A stretch of DNA of 63,122 nucleotides, the filler included, from Octopus bimaculoides (Eukaryota): NCBI RefSeq assembly GCF_001194135.2. It is 4 parts of 4 records of this genome, joined end to end, with 100 filler letters (N's around TTAATTAATTAA, not from the genome) between each part and the next. Parts side by side here need not be neighbours in the genome. Positions count along the whole stretch, not along the records: positions 43,264 to 57,008 come from NC_068983.1; positions 57,109 to 63,122 come from NC_068991.1; 2 more parts are not named here. One strand, given 5' to 3'. The position numbers and the translations under genes are program-made. A model generated the notes under the pieces. The model was given only the letters and a program-made list of their open reading frames with translations. It was not told the DNA's origin and searched no databases. Position 1 is the stretch's first letter; each line of letters starts with the position of its first letter. Positions 50,429-62,470 of this stretch are shown here, in pieces.

Positions 50429-50956
50429 ATACGTACAGACATATATATATATATACCGCCTGACTGGCCTTTGTAGGGTTTTCGAGCGAGATCGTTGCCA
50501 GTGCCCCTGGACTGGCTCTTGTGCGGGTGGCACATAAANNNNNNNNNNNNNNNNNNNNNNNNNNNNNNNNNNNNNNNNNNNNNNNNNNNNNNNNNNNNNN
50601 NNNNNNNNNNNNNNNNNNNNNNNNNNNNNNNNNNNNNNNNNNNNNNNNNNNNNNNNNNNNNNNNNNNNNNNNNNNNNNNNNNNNNNNNNNNNNNNNNNNN
50701 NNNNNNNNNNNNNNNNNNNNNNNNNNNNNNNNNNNNNNNNNNNNNNNNNNNNNNNNNNNNNNNNNNNNNNNNNNNNNNNNNNNNNNNNNNNNNNNNNNNN
50801 NNNNNNNNNNNNNNNNNNNNNNNNNNNNNNNNNNNNNNNNNNNNNNNNNNNNNNNNNNNNNNNNNNNNNNNNNNNNNNNNNNNNNNNNNNNNNNNNNNNN
50901 NNNNNNNNNNNNNNNNNNNNNNNNNNNNNNNNNNNNNNNNNNNNNNNNNNNNNNNN

Positions 50957-51063
<107 letters not shown>

Positions 51064-51636
51064 TATAAATTGTATATTTATCCTATAATCAACGTCCCTG
51101 AGAATGGACACTGATTAGCAGTGTATTATATTGTGATCTATGAAACCTGATAATTATTGGTATATATCGTATCCTTTCATATACACAATGAATGGCAACA
51201 AATAATTTTCATATTATAAGATGAATATTCCATCTTCTAGTAAATATATAAAATTATTCCTTAATCAAGTTTGCCACACTTATTGATATAATTGATTCTA
51301 TAACAGTGTTGGCAATTCAATATAAGCACACAAGATATCTAATGAGAGTGACGCTATCTCAGAAGATTGGACACAGCTATCTGTGTATACAGCTTGTTTA
51401 ATTCATATAACGTGTAATTTAAACTCACTATTTTATGGAGAATTTCATTTGCTTTGTTTTATGCATGTATTTATTTATCTATGCATGCATGTACACATAT
51501 ATATGTAGGAGCGTGCGTATATGTGCATACAGGTATAGATGTGTGTGCATGCTTGTGCATGTGCTTCAAACTGATACTACAATCACATATAGAGTCGTAT
51601 GTAAGTATAGAGCTAAAAGCTATTCCTACGTATAAA

Positions 51637-51667
<31 letters not shown>

Positions 51668-52346
51668 NNNNNNNNNNNNNNNNNNNNNNNNNNNNNNNNN
51701 NNNNNNNNNNNNNNNNNNNNNNNNNNNNNNNNNNNNNNNNNNNNNNNNNNNNNNNNNNNNNNNNNNNNNNNNNNNNNNNNNNNNNNNNNNNNNNNNNNNN
51801 NNNNNNNNNNNNNNNNNNNNNNNNNNNNNNNNNNNNNNNNNNNNNNNNNNNNNNNNNNNNNNNNNNNNNNNNNNNNNNNNNNNNNNNNNNNNNNNNNNNN
51901 NNNNNNNNNNNNNNNNNNNNNNNNNNNNNNNNNNNNNNNNNNNNNNNNNNNNNNNNNNNNNNNNNNNNNNNNNNNNNNNNNNNNNNNNNNNNNNNNNNNN
52001 NNNNNNNNNNNNNNNNNNNNNNNNNNNNNNNNNNNNNNNNNNNNNNNNNNNNNNNNNNNNNNNNNNNNNNNNNNNNNNNNNNNNNNNNNNNNNNNNNNNN
52101 NNNNNNNNNNNNNNNNNNNNNNNNNNNNNNNNNNNNNNNNNNNNNNNNNNNNNNNNNNNNNNNNNNNNNNNNNNNNNNNNNNNNNNNNNNNNNNNNNNNN
52201 NNNNNNNNNNNNNNNNNNNNNNNNNNNNNNNNNNNNNNNNNNNNNNNNNNNNNNNNNNNNNNNNNNNNNNNNNNNNNNNNNNNNNNNNNNNNNNNNNNNN
52301 NNNNNNNNNNNNNNNNNNNNNNNNNNNNNNNNNNNNNNNNNNNNNN

Positions 52347-52382
<36 letters not shown>

Positions 52383-52430
52383 CATATACATGGAGACAGT
52401 GCATGGCGTTTGATCATAAACATAAATAAT

Positions 52431-52860
52431 ATATAAATATATGCATATATTCATACATATACGTACATTCTTACATCTATATGTATACATACATGTATAT
52501 ATGGGTACAGGACATCACAAAAAACGTTAAACACAATGAGAAACGAAAACATAAAGACGAAGACAGAAAAAGAACTTTTTTTCGAACAACGAATAAACAA
52601 ACAGAGAAACGAGACAAACGTGGATTAGATAGAACAGGGACAACTGAAGAAGGGAAATATTCTTTGTGTTGCATTTCTCGTTTCTCTGTTTGTTTATTTC
52701 ATTGTTCGAAAAAAAGTTCGTTTTCTGTCTTCGTCTTTATATTTTCGTCTCTCATTGTGGTTAACGTTTTTTGTGATGTCCTGTACCCATATATGCATGT
52801 ATGTATACATATAGATGTAAGTATGTACATATATGCATGGATATATGCATATATTTATAT
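52431..52860. repeat. Long inverted repeat (~185-bp arms, 61-nt loop), probable Penelope-like terminus
   Basis: 52431-52614 is the reverse complement of 52676-52860 with scattered mismatches. The loop contains CTGAAGAAGGGAAATATTC. Confidence 0.85.
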
Positions 52861-52863
52861 TAT

Positions 52864-52907
<44 letters not shown>

Positions 52908-53619
52908 ACATACAGCCGCAACACTCATGAATACAAAAGTATGGCTTGTGTATAAGTTTATTTATTTTAAAGTGGGCAAAATGCATAATTTATCTGCGTA
53001 TGAGAACGTTTCATACAGGCATTTATTCATTATTAACAAAGTAAGACCATATTTAAATTAACTTATACATATATACATATATATTCCTGGTAACCAGGGA
53101 GAGGAAACATTTTTTCAAGATTTCTTAAATCGTCCTTAAAATATCTTTAGTTGCAAATTTTGTGTTCTTTTCGTAAAGAACTTTTATAACTCTGTCAAAA
53201 AAGTTTAGCATTCTGTGAAGACATTTCGAGACTTTGTCGGTCTCATCAACAGATTGGAATGAGACTACTGATGGTGCTTTGTTTGCTTATTTTTGCCTTT
53301 AGCATCTCCTGCATATTTGGCGAAAAATATCTTTCGGAAATTAATGGATACATTCTAGAGAATCGGAAAACATTGCTGAGAGATAGAGTATTCTTCCACC
53401 GACGATTCAGCTCCATGATAATCACGTTTCTTGGTGTTGTCACTTTTCTCACAGTTTCATCAATGTGAATGGACTCTGAATTTATAATCGAGTTAACAGG
53501 AAGATGTCCCTTCTACTTTCTTAAATACATCATATCAGTCTTGTTTCTTTCTGTATTAACTCCGAAATGACATTTTTCCTAACTACAGAGTAACTAACAT
53601 ATCAAATGTCGCTACTCAC

Positions 53620-53695
53620 CTTACTTTTAGCTAATCAAGCAAACTTAATGATACTACTAAAAAGCACTTGCATCTTTGGAAGAATGCATTTCTTC
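53620..53695 (-). other. Candidate 76-nt non-coding exon
   Basis: Strong acceptor TTTTCTTTTCGTTTTTTTTTCTTTCAG and perfect donor AAG|GTGAGT. Stop codons occur in all three frames. Confidence 0.3.
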
Positions 53696-54028
53696 CTGAA
53701 AGAAAAAAAAACGAAAAGAAAAAGCCAAAACGTCCGCACATTTCATAAAATAATTACTTTGGCTAGATATATTTTTGCTTTGATCCAAGTGAATATTACG
53801 AACTTGTATCATTGAAGATATATTGAAGAATATTATTTCGAATAACGGACCTTAGAAAATGTTACAGTAATCAGTGTTAAATATCTGTTAACAAATATGT
53901 TTTTCCTTTCTTCTTTCTCAATTTCTTCAATCGGTTTGGCCATAACCATGATGCATTTCAACTAATATGTATATATATATATTATGGAGAAATTCTACGG
54001 AGATGAAGATTAGAATAATAATAATAAC

Positions 54029-54080
<52 letters not shown>

Positions 54081-54082
<2 letters not shown>

Positions 54083-54682
54083 TGGGACCTATATACACTG
54101 GAAGCTATGCCAACACTATGGAATAACAACAGAAAAAAGATGGTATAAACACACGCCAGAAAAGGTCACAGAAATCGAGAAAGCAACCATACTCTGGGAT
54201 ATGCCAATACACACAGATAGAGAAATTAAGGCAAATAGACCAGATATAGTTGTCAAAGGTTATGAAGAAAAAAAATGCTTTCTAATTGATGTATCAATAC
54301 CAGCAGATGACAACGTCTCTCTAAAAGAAATGGAAAAACTTTCAAAATACAAAGACCTGGAAATAGAGGTAACTCGAATGTGGAATCTAAAAACAGAAAC
54401 AATTCCTATCATAGTAGGTGCCTTAGGTATAATAGAAAATATTCAAACAAATACATAACAAAAACATCAGGACATACAAATATATATACCATACAGAAAA
54501 TTGCACTACTGGGCACAGCACACATCCTACGCAAAACACTTTCAATACAGTAAACATAAGAGCACCACAGCAAACCACAGCACATACCCAAGGCGCACAG
54601 AGCTACGCTCGGTAGTGAAGTGAAAGCACGTTATAAAAATAAAACTACGGAACAATAATAATAATAATAATAATAGTAATAA
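54081..54682 (+). mobile_element. Relatively young 5'-truncated R4/Dong-like LINE inside (TAA)n
   Basis: GTYIHWKLCQHYGI....WYKH.P.KV.E...TILWDMPIHTDREIKANRPDIVV.....CFLIDVSIP.DDN..KE.EKLSKYKDLEIEV.RMW....IPIIVGALG. One frameshift near 54440, stop at 54551, then a 3'UTR. (AAT)n on both sides. Confidence 0.95.
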
Positions 54683-54956
54683 CGTCAGAAAGATATATAT
54701 GTTCAAACGCATGGTGCTTTTCTCATGAATGAAAGTCCTTATTTCTTAGGAAAAGACAGTTCCGATGGAATGCTTCAATGGTCTTAATCGCCTGTATTAG
54801 CTAAACGAGAAAAAGCAAAAGACACTTTGAGGCATGACTCAAAGTCATTAGATCATGAATTTAATATTCTTTCAATTGGTTTTGCTAAGAATTCTTTACG
54901 CACCCGGTATTTTACACATATACATACATACGTACGTATGTATATACACACATACA

Positions 54957-54990
<34 letters not shown>

Positions 54991-55105
54991 CATGCATACA
55001 TACATACATATAAAAATACCAGCTCTCTGACCTGTTGCATATCATGAACAATAGGATTCCATAGCGACTGAGAATTACTGGAAAATGTACAAGCAGTGCG
55101 AATGG

Positions 55106-55144
<39 letters not shown>

Positions 55145-55991
55145 TATTATAAGATCTGGTAATTAGTCATATATTAATATATTAATTAATATCGATTAAT
55201 TATCAGGGGGCCAACACATTTAAAGAATCAAAGAGATTCAGAAATATTATCTGCAATCTCAGGGGATTAAGGTACATTTTAAAAATAACGTCGACCACTA
55301 ACGTGGACAATTTAATGCGCTAGAAATAGATCACATTTTGTGTCTATTAAGACCTAAAAAGTTCTCAACATGAAATATAGCAGCATACCANNNNNNNNNN
55401 NNNNNNNNNNNNNNNNNNNNNNNNNNNNNNNNNNNNNNNNNNNNNNNNNNNNNNNNNNNNNNNNNNNNNNNNNNNNNNNNNNNNNNNNNNNNNNNNNNNN
55501 NNNNNNNNNNNNNNNNNNNNNNNNNNNNNNNNNNNNNNNNNNNNNNNNNNNNNNNNNNNNNNNNNNNNNNNNNNNNNNNNNNNNNNNNNNNNNNNNNNNN
55601 NNNNNNNNNNNNNNNNNNNNNNNNNNNNNNNNNNNNNNNNNNNNNNNNNNNNNNNNNNNNNNNNNNNNNNNNNNNNNNNNNNNNNNNNNNNNNNNNNNNN
55701 NNNNNNNNNNNNNNNNNNNNNNNNNNNNNNNNNNNNNNNNNNNNNNNNNNNNNNNNNNNNNNNNNNNNNNNNNNNNNNNNNNNNNNNNNNNNNNNNNNNN
55801 NNNNNNNNNNNNNNNNNNNNNNNNNNNNNNNNNNNNNNNNNNNNNNNNNNNNNNNNNNNNNNNNNNNNNNNNNNNNNNNNNNNNNNNNNNNNNNNNNNNN
55901 NNNNNNNNNNNNNNNNNNNNNNNNNNNNNNNNNNNNNNNNNNNNNNNNNNNNNNNNNNNNNNNNNNNNNNNNNNNCAAGCAGTGCGAATGG

Positions 55992-56030
<39 letters not shown>

Positions 56031-56172
56031 TATTATAAGATCTGGTAATTAGTCATATATTAATATATTAATTAATATCGATTAATTATCAGGGGGCCAA
56101 CACATTTAAAGAATCAAAGAGATTCAGAAATATTATCTGCAATCTCAGGGGATTAAGGTACATTTTAAAAAT

Positions 56173-56475
56173 AACGTCGACCACTAACGTGGACAATTTA
56201 ATGCGCTAGAAATAGATCACATTTTGTGTCTATTAAGACCTAAAAAGTTCTCAACATGAAATATAGCAGCATACCAAAAACGTGAGCGGGCAAGACATTT
56301 AAAATCACCTAAAAAAATCATTATTAAACAGGAACCAGGTTTCGGATTTAACAAATTCTTACCATTTGTCTATGGTATGCTGCTATATTTCATGTTGAGA
56401 ACTTTTTAGGTCTTAATAGACACAAAATGTGATCTATTTCTAGCGCATTAATTGTCCACGTTAGTGGTCGACGTT
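56173..56475. repeat. Near-perfect inverted repeat (~104-bp arms, 96-nt spacer)
   Basis: 56173-56276 is the reverse complement of 56373-56475, differing by a 1-nt indel. Confidence 0.9.
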
Positions 56476-56583
56476 GGTGCACCAGCATGACCGCAGCCAC
56501 TTGGCTGAAACACATAAATAAATAAATAAAAAATAAATACATGTATATGTATATACATACATACATGCATGCACACACACACA

Positions 56584-56640
<57 letters not shown>

Positions 56641-56758
56641 GCAATTAGATCTCGAAGCACGTAATGTTATAAATAATAACATGTAAATATTGGGTTTAGA
56701 TGGAAAGAGTTCAAGGGTGCACGTATAAATACACACTCAGAGACAGATGCAGATACAG

Positions 56759-56814
<56 letters not shown>

Positions 56815-57109
56815 TGTGTGTTTGTGTTCGTCTATCACCACCTTTTGACCGCTGGAGGTATTTCTGTTAACATCCCCCTAAGTTAGTGATTCACCATATG
56901 AGAACGTTAGAATAAATAACAGAATTTAAATAATAGTACTTGGGAAAGATACGTATAATATGTATGGTTGTGTGTACGTGTGTACGCGCGTCTATCTGTA
57001 TATATATANNNNNNNNNNNNNNNNNNNNNNNNNNNNNNNNNNNNNNNNNNNNTTAATTAATTAANNNNNNNNNNNNNNNNNNNNNNNNNNNNNNNNNNNN
57101 NNNNNNNNT

Positions 57110-57860
57110 TGAGTTGGGTGGTAATTAGGTTTCTATACAAAGGTATGGTGGAAAAAATTTTTTTATTAATTTTGGAGTTATGCTATTGTTTATAATTTAT
57201 TCCTGCTTGTAGACCTTTGTAAACAAGCCTGCATGTGATTCTCTATTGTTATGTAAGCATAAGGTCTGACAGTATTTTTGCTGTTTTTGGTATTATTGGA
57301 CTTAGCATTTATCTTTGACAATATAAAGGTCAAAGAAACAAAGTCCCGTGTTTAACCCCTTAGTAATGAGGTGTGTCGACTTTTTTACACAAAAGAATGT
57401 AGGTAGGGGGTAAATTTAGGCTGGTCCTTTTGTTTCACTTTTGTTATTATTTAGGGCATTTCCTGTTGTCATTTTTGATGTTGAGGTTATTGGTCAGGTA
57501 TGTCATGGCTTTGTTAATATGAAAATTATTTCTCTTGTGCTTTGGATGTTCATAAAAGTATTTGTGTACAGGTTGTATATTTACATGTTTCTCTGTAGGT
57601 GTTCATTGGATTAATATATAAGGATTTTAATATATAAAGATTTTAAAGTTATTGGATTAATATATAAGAATTTTAAACTTCCTGTTTTGTCAAGTAGAGT
57701 TTGTTCGGTGTTTGTTTCGAAAATTTCTTCAAATTCTGTTCTAGATATATGCTGGAGTAAAGCTGATATAGAAGGTCTATATATATTCATGTATATAAGT
57801 TGCTTGTTTACAAAGTTTCTACATGCATGAATAAATTCTAAACAATGGCATGACTCCAAA
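57110..57860 (-). mobile_element. Possible degraded Penelope-like reverse transcriptase fragment
   Basis: FVNKQ.IY.....PSISALL..I.RTEFEEI loosely matches the PLE motif F.FN...Y.Q..G..MGSP.S..LA.I.M..E. The match is weak. Confidence 0.3.
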
Positions 57861-58192
57861 TTTAATCAATAAAAATTTTTCCAAAACACCTTTCCATCTT
57901 GGGCCATCTTAGTAGCAGTGTATGTCCCTGGGTGAATCATTGCACTGTGCTCTATTGTCTTTATATACTGACAGCAAGTCACTGCATACACAGATTAGAA
58001 TCAGGCAACTAAACCAGGGGTCAGGAAACTTTTTTCACCATTTACCCCAAAATGTATTTATTTACGCCAACATTATTCTTTGGTAGCTCCTTGTAGGTGG
58101 GAATTGATATTGAGCTGTTATGATAAACCCTTTTTCTGATTTTAAGCCAGGGGACACTAACTATTGATGGGTAAGGGCTTTGTCGACATCAG

Positions 58193-58255
<63 letters not shown>

Positions 58256-58264
58256 CATTATTAT

Positions 58265-58536
58265 GTTTGACTTTTGCTTTGCATTTGTACAAGTTGACTC
58301 CAAGTCTCACCCAGAGACCTCAAGAGACAACAAGTTAGAAGTTCCTGTTGGTGTTATGCCTAGGGTGTCATATATTTGGTTTCGTACGTAGTATTGTTCT
58401 AGAGAATGTTTAAGGAAACAAGAAACTTACGAGTTTGTTTCAAAATTTGAGATTACATAGACAATATTTTACGTAGGATATGAGCAGTTCCCATGAGCAC
58501 CGTCTTTTGAATTTCTGCCATTTTGGGGTTTCCTTT
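58265..58536 (-). mobile_element. R4-like LINE extreme 3' end between AAT/GAT tracts
   Basis: GNPKMAEIQKTVLMGTAHILRKILSM*, then a 3'UTR and an (AAT)n tail at 58193-58264. Confidence 0.85.
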
Positions 58537-58551
58537 ATTATTATTATTATT

Positions 58552-58595
<44 letters not shown>

Positions 58596-59361
58596 TATTA
58601 TTATTATTATCATGGTGATGGCAGCAATGATGTTGGTGATTACGATGAAGATAGAACAGGTTAAAGAGACAATTAAACATTTATGGCCGAGGGTCAATGA
58701 CGAAGGCCAAATTGGCAAGAGAGTATCAAGGACTCTTTGTGGTTCATACAAACTGACATAACCAAACAACAATACAACAGCAACAATAACAACCGAAATG
58801 AATTAATAACCCAGTAATTAAAAGAACACCGATTTTCAAGGCAGTGATTTGGAGTAGACAAACGCTATAATTTATTTACGAATATCATATATAAATGATT
58901 AACAGGTGCAAAAAATAACAGGTATTACATGATTTAATGAATGAAATAGGAATTGATAGTTTCTGTTTTTTTGAAGTGAAATCCTCTGCTTATTGTGCTC
59001 TGTTCATAGGTGGTGAATATCATCTTATAGGAGGTCCAACATTTCCTGCATTCCCCTCTATCATCCATCTCTATCCATCTGCCACTCATGAACTCATCTT
59101 CCTACTCGCCCTGTCTAACTCCTTGGACTACTTTTCTTAGATTCACCTTCCTGTAACTTGAGACTGTGTCCTGACCCTTCTGCACCGCCATCTTCTCTCT
59201 TTTACCCAATGGCTCAACCATGTATCTCCTCCAGTGCAGGTCAAACATTTCTATCCCGCTATCATACCTTAACCTCTCATCACTCGGCACAAAAGCTACC
59301 TCCCTTGATACTATACTCCGCTCAGTTGAGGAGCCTTGTCTTGCAAGTTACTTGGTGACCT

Positions 59362-59555
59362 CACTAGTGCTGGTGCCATGTAAAAAGCACCCAGTAAACT
59401 CTGTGAAGTGGTTGGTATTATTAAGGGTTATCTAGCTGTAAAAACCATGCCAAAACAGATGTGGAAACTTGGTGCAGTCGTCTGGATTGCTGGCTCCTGT
59501 CAAACTACCCAACTCATGCCAACATGGAAGTCAGATGTTAAACGATGATGATGGT
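59362..59555 (+). mobile_element. Retroposon 3' end, same family as 50222-50428
   Basis: GTAAAAAGCACCC...GTGGTTGG...AAGGG.ATC.AGCTGTA.AAAC...CCATGCCAACATGGAA...GATGTTAAACGATGATGATG. Confidence 0.75.
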
Positions 59556-59917
59556 TACTGTTGTTGTTGTTAAAAGGTTTATTGAAAACTTTTGGGGATG
59601 TCTTTTTGGGTCTGAGATGCTTTGGCACAGCCATTTTGGTGTTGTTTATTTAGCATTGCTGATTCAATGCTGACTCATTTGACATCAGACGTTTTAATGT
59701 TTTTCACTCTCTTGTTCCATCCCTCTCCCTTCCCCACTCCCTCTCTCTCCGCCCCTCCCCTCTCCTCTCACCCCCTTTTCCCTCCCCCACTCCCACTTTC
59801 ATGTTAATTCATGTTAATTTATGTTACAAACACCAACTTAAGAATGGCAAAGTTATTTTACTAAATTCTTTATTATGTTCAAAATTGATTGAAACAAACT
59901 CCAAATTTTTTTTTCTA

Positions 59918-60170
59918 TTCTAGGTACAAGGCCTGAAACTTTTGGTGAGGGGACCAGTCGATTAGATCGACCCCAGTATGCAACTGGTACTTAATTTATC
60001 GACCCCGAAAGGATGAAAGGCGGAATTTGAACTCAGAACGTAAAACCAAACGAAATATCGCTAAGCATTTCGCCTGGTAAGCTAATGTTTCTTATTTCTT
60101 TACTGCCCACAAGGGGCTACACACAGAGGGGACAAACAAGGACAGACGAAGGGATTAAGTATGAGAGAGA
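59918..60170 (-). mobile_element. Second copy of the dimeric SINE A (first monomer 5'-truncated)
   Basis: The reverse complement carries the same junction CCCTTGTGGGCAGTAAAGAAATAAGAAACATTAGC as the 24.4 kb copy. Confidence 0.85.
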
Positions 60171-60171
60171 A

Positions 60172-60420
60172 GAAGAGAAAAAGACAGAAAGAGAAAGAGG
60201 GAGAAAGAGGAGAGAGAAAGAGAGGGAGAGAGCGAGAGTGACAGACAGATAGAAAGACAGAGAGGGAGAAGGAGTATGGGAGAGAAGAAGAAAGAACGAC
60301 AGAAAGAGAAAGAAGAGAGAGAAGGAGGGAGAGAGAGCGAGTGTCAGACAAACAGATAGACAGACAGAGAAGGAGAGAGACATAGAGGAAGAGGCAGAGA
60401 GAGAGAGAAGAAAGGGAGAA

Positions 60421-60467
<47 letters not shown>

Positions 60468-60775
60468 AAAATACAGAGAGAAAAAGCAGAGGGAGAAGGA
60501 GTATGGGAGAGAAGAAGAGAGAACGGCTGAAAGAGAAAGAGAGGGAGAATGAAAGGCAAACAGATAGACAGACAGAGGAGGAGAGCGACATAGAGGAAGA
60601 GGGAGAGAGATGGAGAAAGGGAGAGCAAGAGAGAGGAGAAAGAGGAAGAGAGAAAGAGAGAGATAGCTAGAGAGGGAATGATATATAGAGAAAGAATGTG
60701 TAGGGGTGGGGGTGGAGAAGTGTGTGAGAAAAAGAGAAGAAGAAGAGAAAGAAATGGAGAGAATAGAAAATTAGA
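60172..60775. repeat. GA-rich region with an internal ~230-bp-period duplication
   Basis: GAGGGAGAAGGAGTATGGGAGAGAAGAAG at ~60262 and ~60490; GACATAGAGGAAGAGG occurs twice. Confidence 0.8.
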
Positions 60776-61184
60776 CAACGGGTATGAAAATTAGCAGTTA
60801 ATCTAATAACAAGCAGTTTGAATTAATTCTTAATTAAATAATTAATCAGTTGCTGTTAGTTCATTACTTGGTCTTTATTCCCTAATGAACAATAAACAAA
60901 CGATGCAAAAACCTCATAAAAAACATTTAAAAAGAATACAGGTTGCTATTAGATATTATAAGTACCAACTTGAGACTACACGAAAAGCAAAAAAACTTCC
61001 CCCCAAACAAACAGTAACTTTACTGATGGGATTGGAATCCCATATGTACCTCTTGCTGGATGATTCCATTACAAGAAAGAGAGCCTTACTAGCTTATCAA
61101 ATTAGATGCTATAAATTGTTTTCACATTTGAGAACTTAAGTTAAATTCAAAGTTTTTAAACCATTCACTGAGGAACTTTAACCA

Positions 61185-61592
61185 GGCGCGGGAGTAGCTG
61201 TGTGGTAAGTAGCTTGCTTACGAACTACATGGTTCCGGGTTCAGTCCCACTGCGTGGCACCTTGGGCAAGTGTCTTCTACTATAGCCTCGGGCCGACCAA
61301 AGTCTTGTGAGTGGATTTGGTAGATGGAAATTGAAAGAAGCCGATCATATATATGTACATATATATATATATATATGTATGTGTGTTTGTGTGTCTGAGT
61401 TTGTCCCCCCCCACCATCGCTTGACAACTGATGCTGGTGTGTTTACGTCCCCGTAACTTAGCGGTTTGGCAAAAAGAGACCGATAGAATAAGTACAAGGC
61501 TTACAAAGAATAAGTCCTGGAGTCAATTTGCTTGACTAAAGGCGGTGCTCCAGCATGGCTGCAGTCAAATGACTGAAACAAGTAAAAGAGAT
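61185..61592 (+). mobile_element. Near full-length tRNA-derived SINE (family D)
   Basis: GGCGCGGGAGTAGCTGTGTGGTAAG head, GGTTCAGTCCC B-box-like motif, CCTTGGGCAAGTGTCTT block, internal (AT/GT)n, tail GACTGAAACAAGTAAAAGAGA. Confidence 0.88.
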
Positions 61593-62324
61593 GTAAAAGT
61601 AACTTGTTATTTTCTTCATGCACAGAAAAATAAAAGTAAAGTTAAGCAAAAGTTACCTTCTCAAGTGATGCATACTGGTAGAATGTATCACATAGAACAG
61701 CGTTTACTCTTAACGTTTTTGACAAAATTTTGTATTTTAGAAGTTATTTCGTGTTAAAGTTGTTGTATTTCCGTAATTTTAACCAATCAATGACGTGTAT
61801 TCAGCTGAAGAAAATTACTGCTGCTGTTTGCAAACAACAACTTCCAGGTCCCACACAATCGAACCAATGAAAGAGCTTCTACCTTGTCACTCGACATGCT
61901 AAAAATAGCAGCCAAAGTCACATGCCCATTGTATGTAATGTCCTAGATTATCCCTAAAAAGACGGTTTGCTGAAGGCTGGAATGTCTTCGATGACAGGTT
62001 TGCTGTTTCAGGGTTCATTTGAGGCTAAATAACAACAAAATTATGGTAAATTTCTATATTAACACTCCCACGATTTTGACTAAGAAAGAAAAACTTGGAT
62101 TTTTTGCGTGGAATCAAGTACTCTGACCTCCTAATATGTTGCAAATCCCTTATTTTGGTTTGGAAAAAGCGGGTGAGCCCCCCNNNNNNNNNNCTTCCTC
62201 TCTGTCCTCCTCTCTCTCACTTTGCCACTTCTTTGAAGTGTAAGACACACACATCAGGTACGTACAAAGACAAAAAGTTAGCATATTAATATTATTGATA
62301 ATCCTTTTGATTCCTAGACTGGGT

Positions 62325-62470
62325 GAGGCGTTGTGTCCTTGAGCAAGACACTTTGTTTCACGTTGCTCCAGTCCACTCTGCTGATAAAAGATGAACAATC
62401 CTGCAACAGACTGGCAGCCTATCCAGGGAGGAATATATATATGCCAGAGAAACTCGAAAACTGGCGATAC
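62325..62470 (+). mobile_element. SINE fragment with CORE-like block
   Basis: GCGTTGTGTCCTTGAGCAAGACACTTTGTTTCACGTTGCTCCAGTCCACTC. Confidence 0.8.

Noticed and set aside
55091-56276. Identical ~300-bp direct repeat either side of the 55391-55976 gap
   Set aside because: The contig end and the next contig start overlap exactly apart from (TA)n length. This is typical of an unmerged assembly overlap, not a real duplication.
58016-58155. CAGGGGTCAGGAAACTTT hAT-like TIR start
   Set aside because: No inverted partner or 8-bp TSD found.
59030-59340. Possible CR1-like LINE tail remnant
   Set aside because: Similarity (SSLFY..) is too weak to support by eye.
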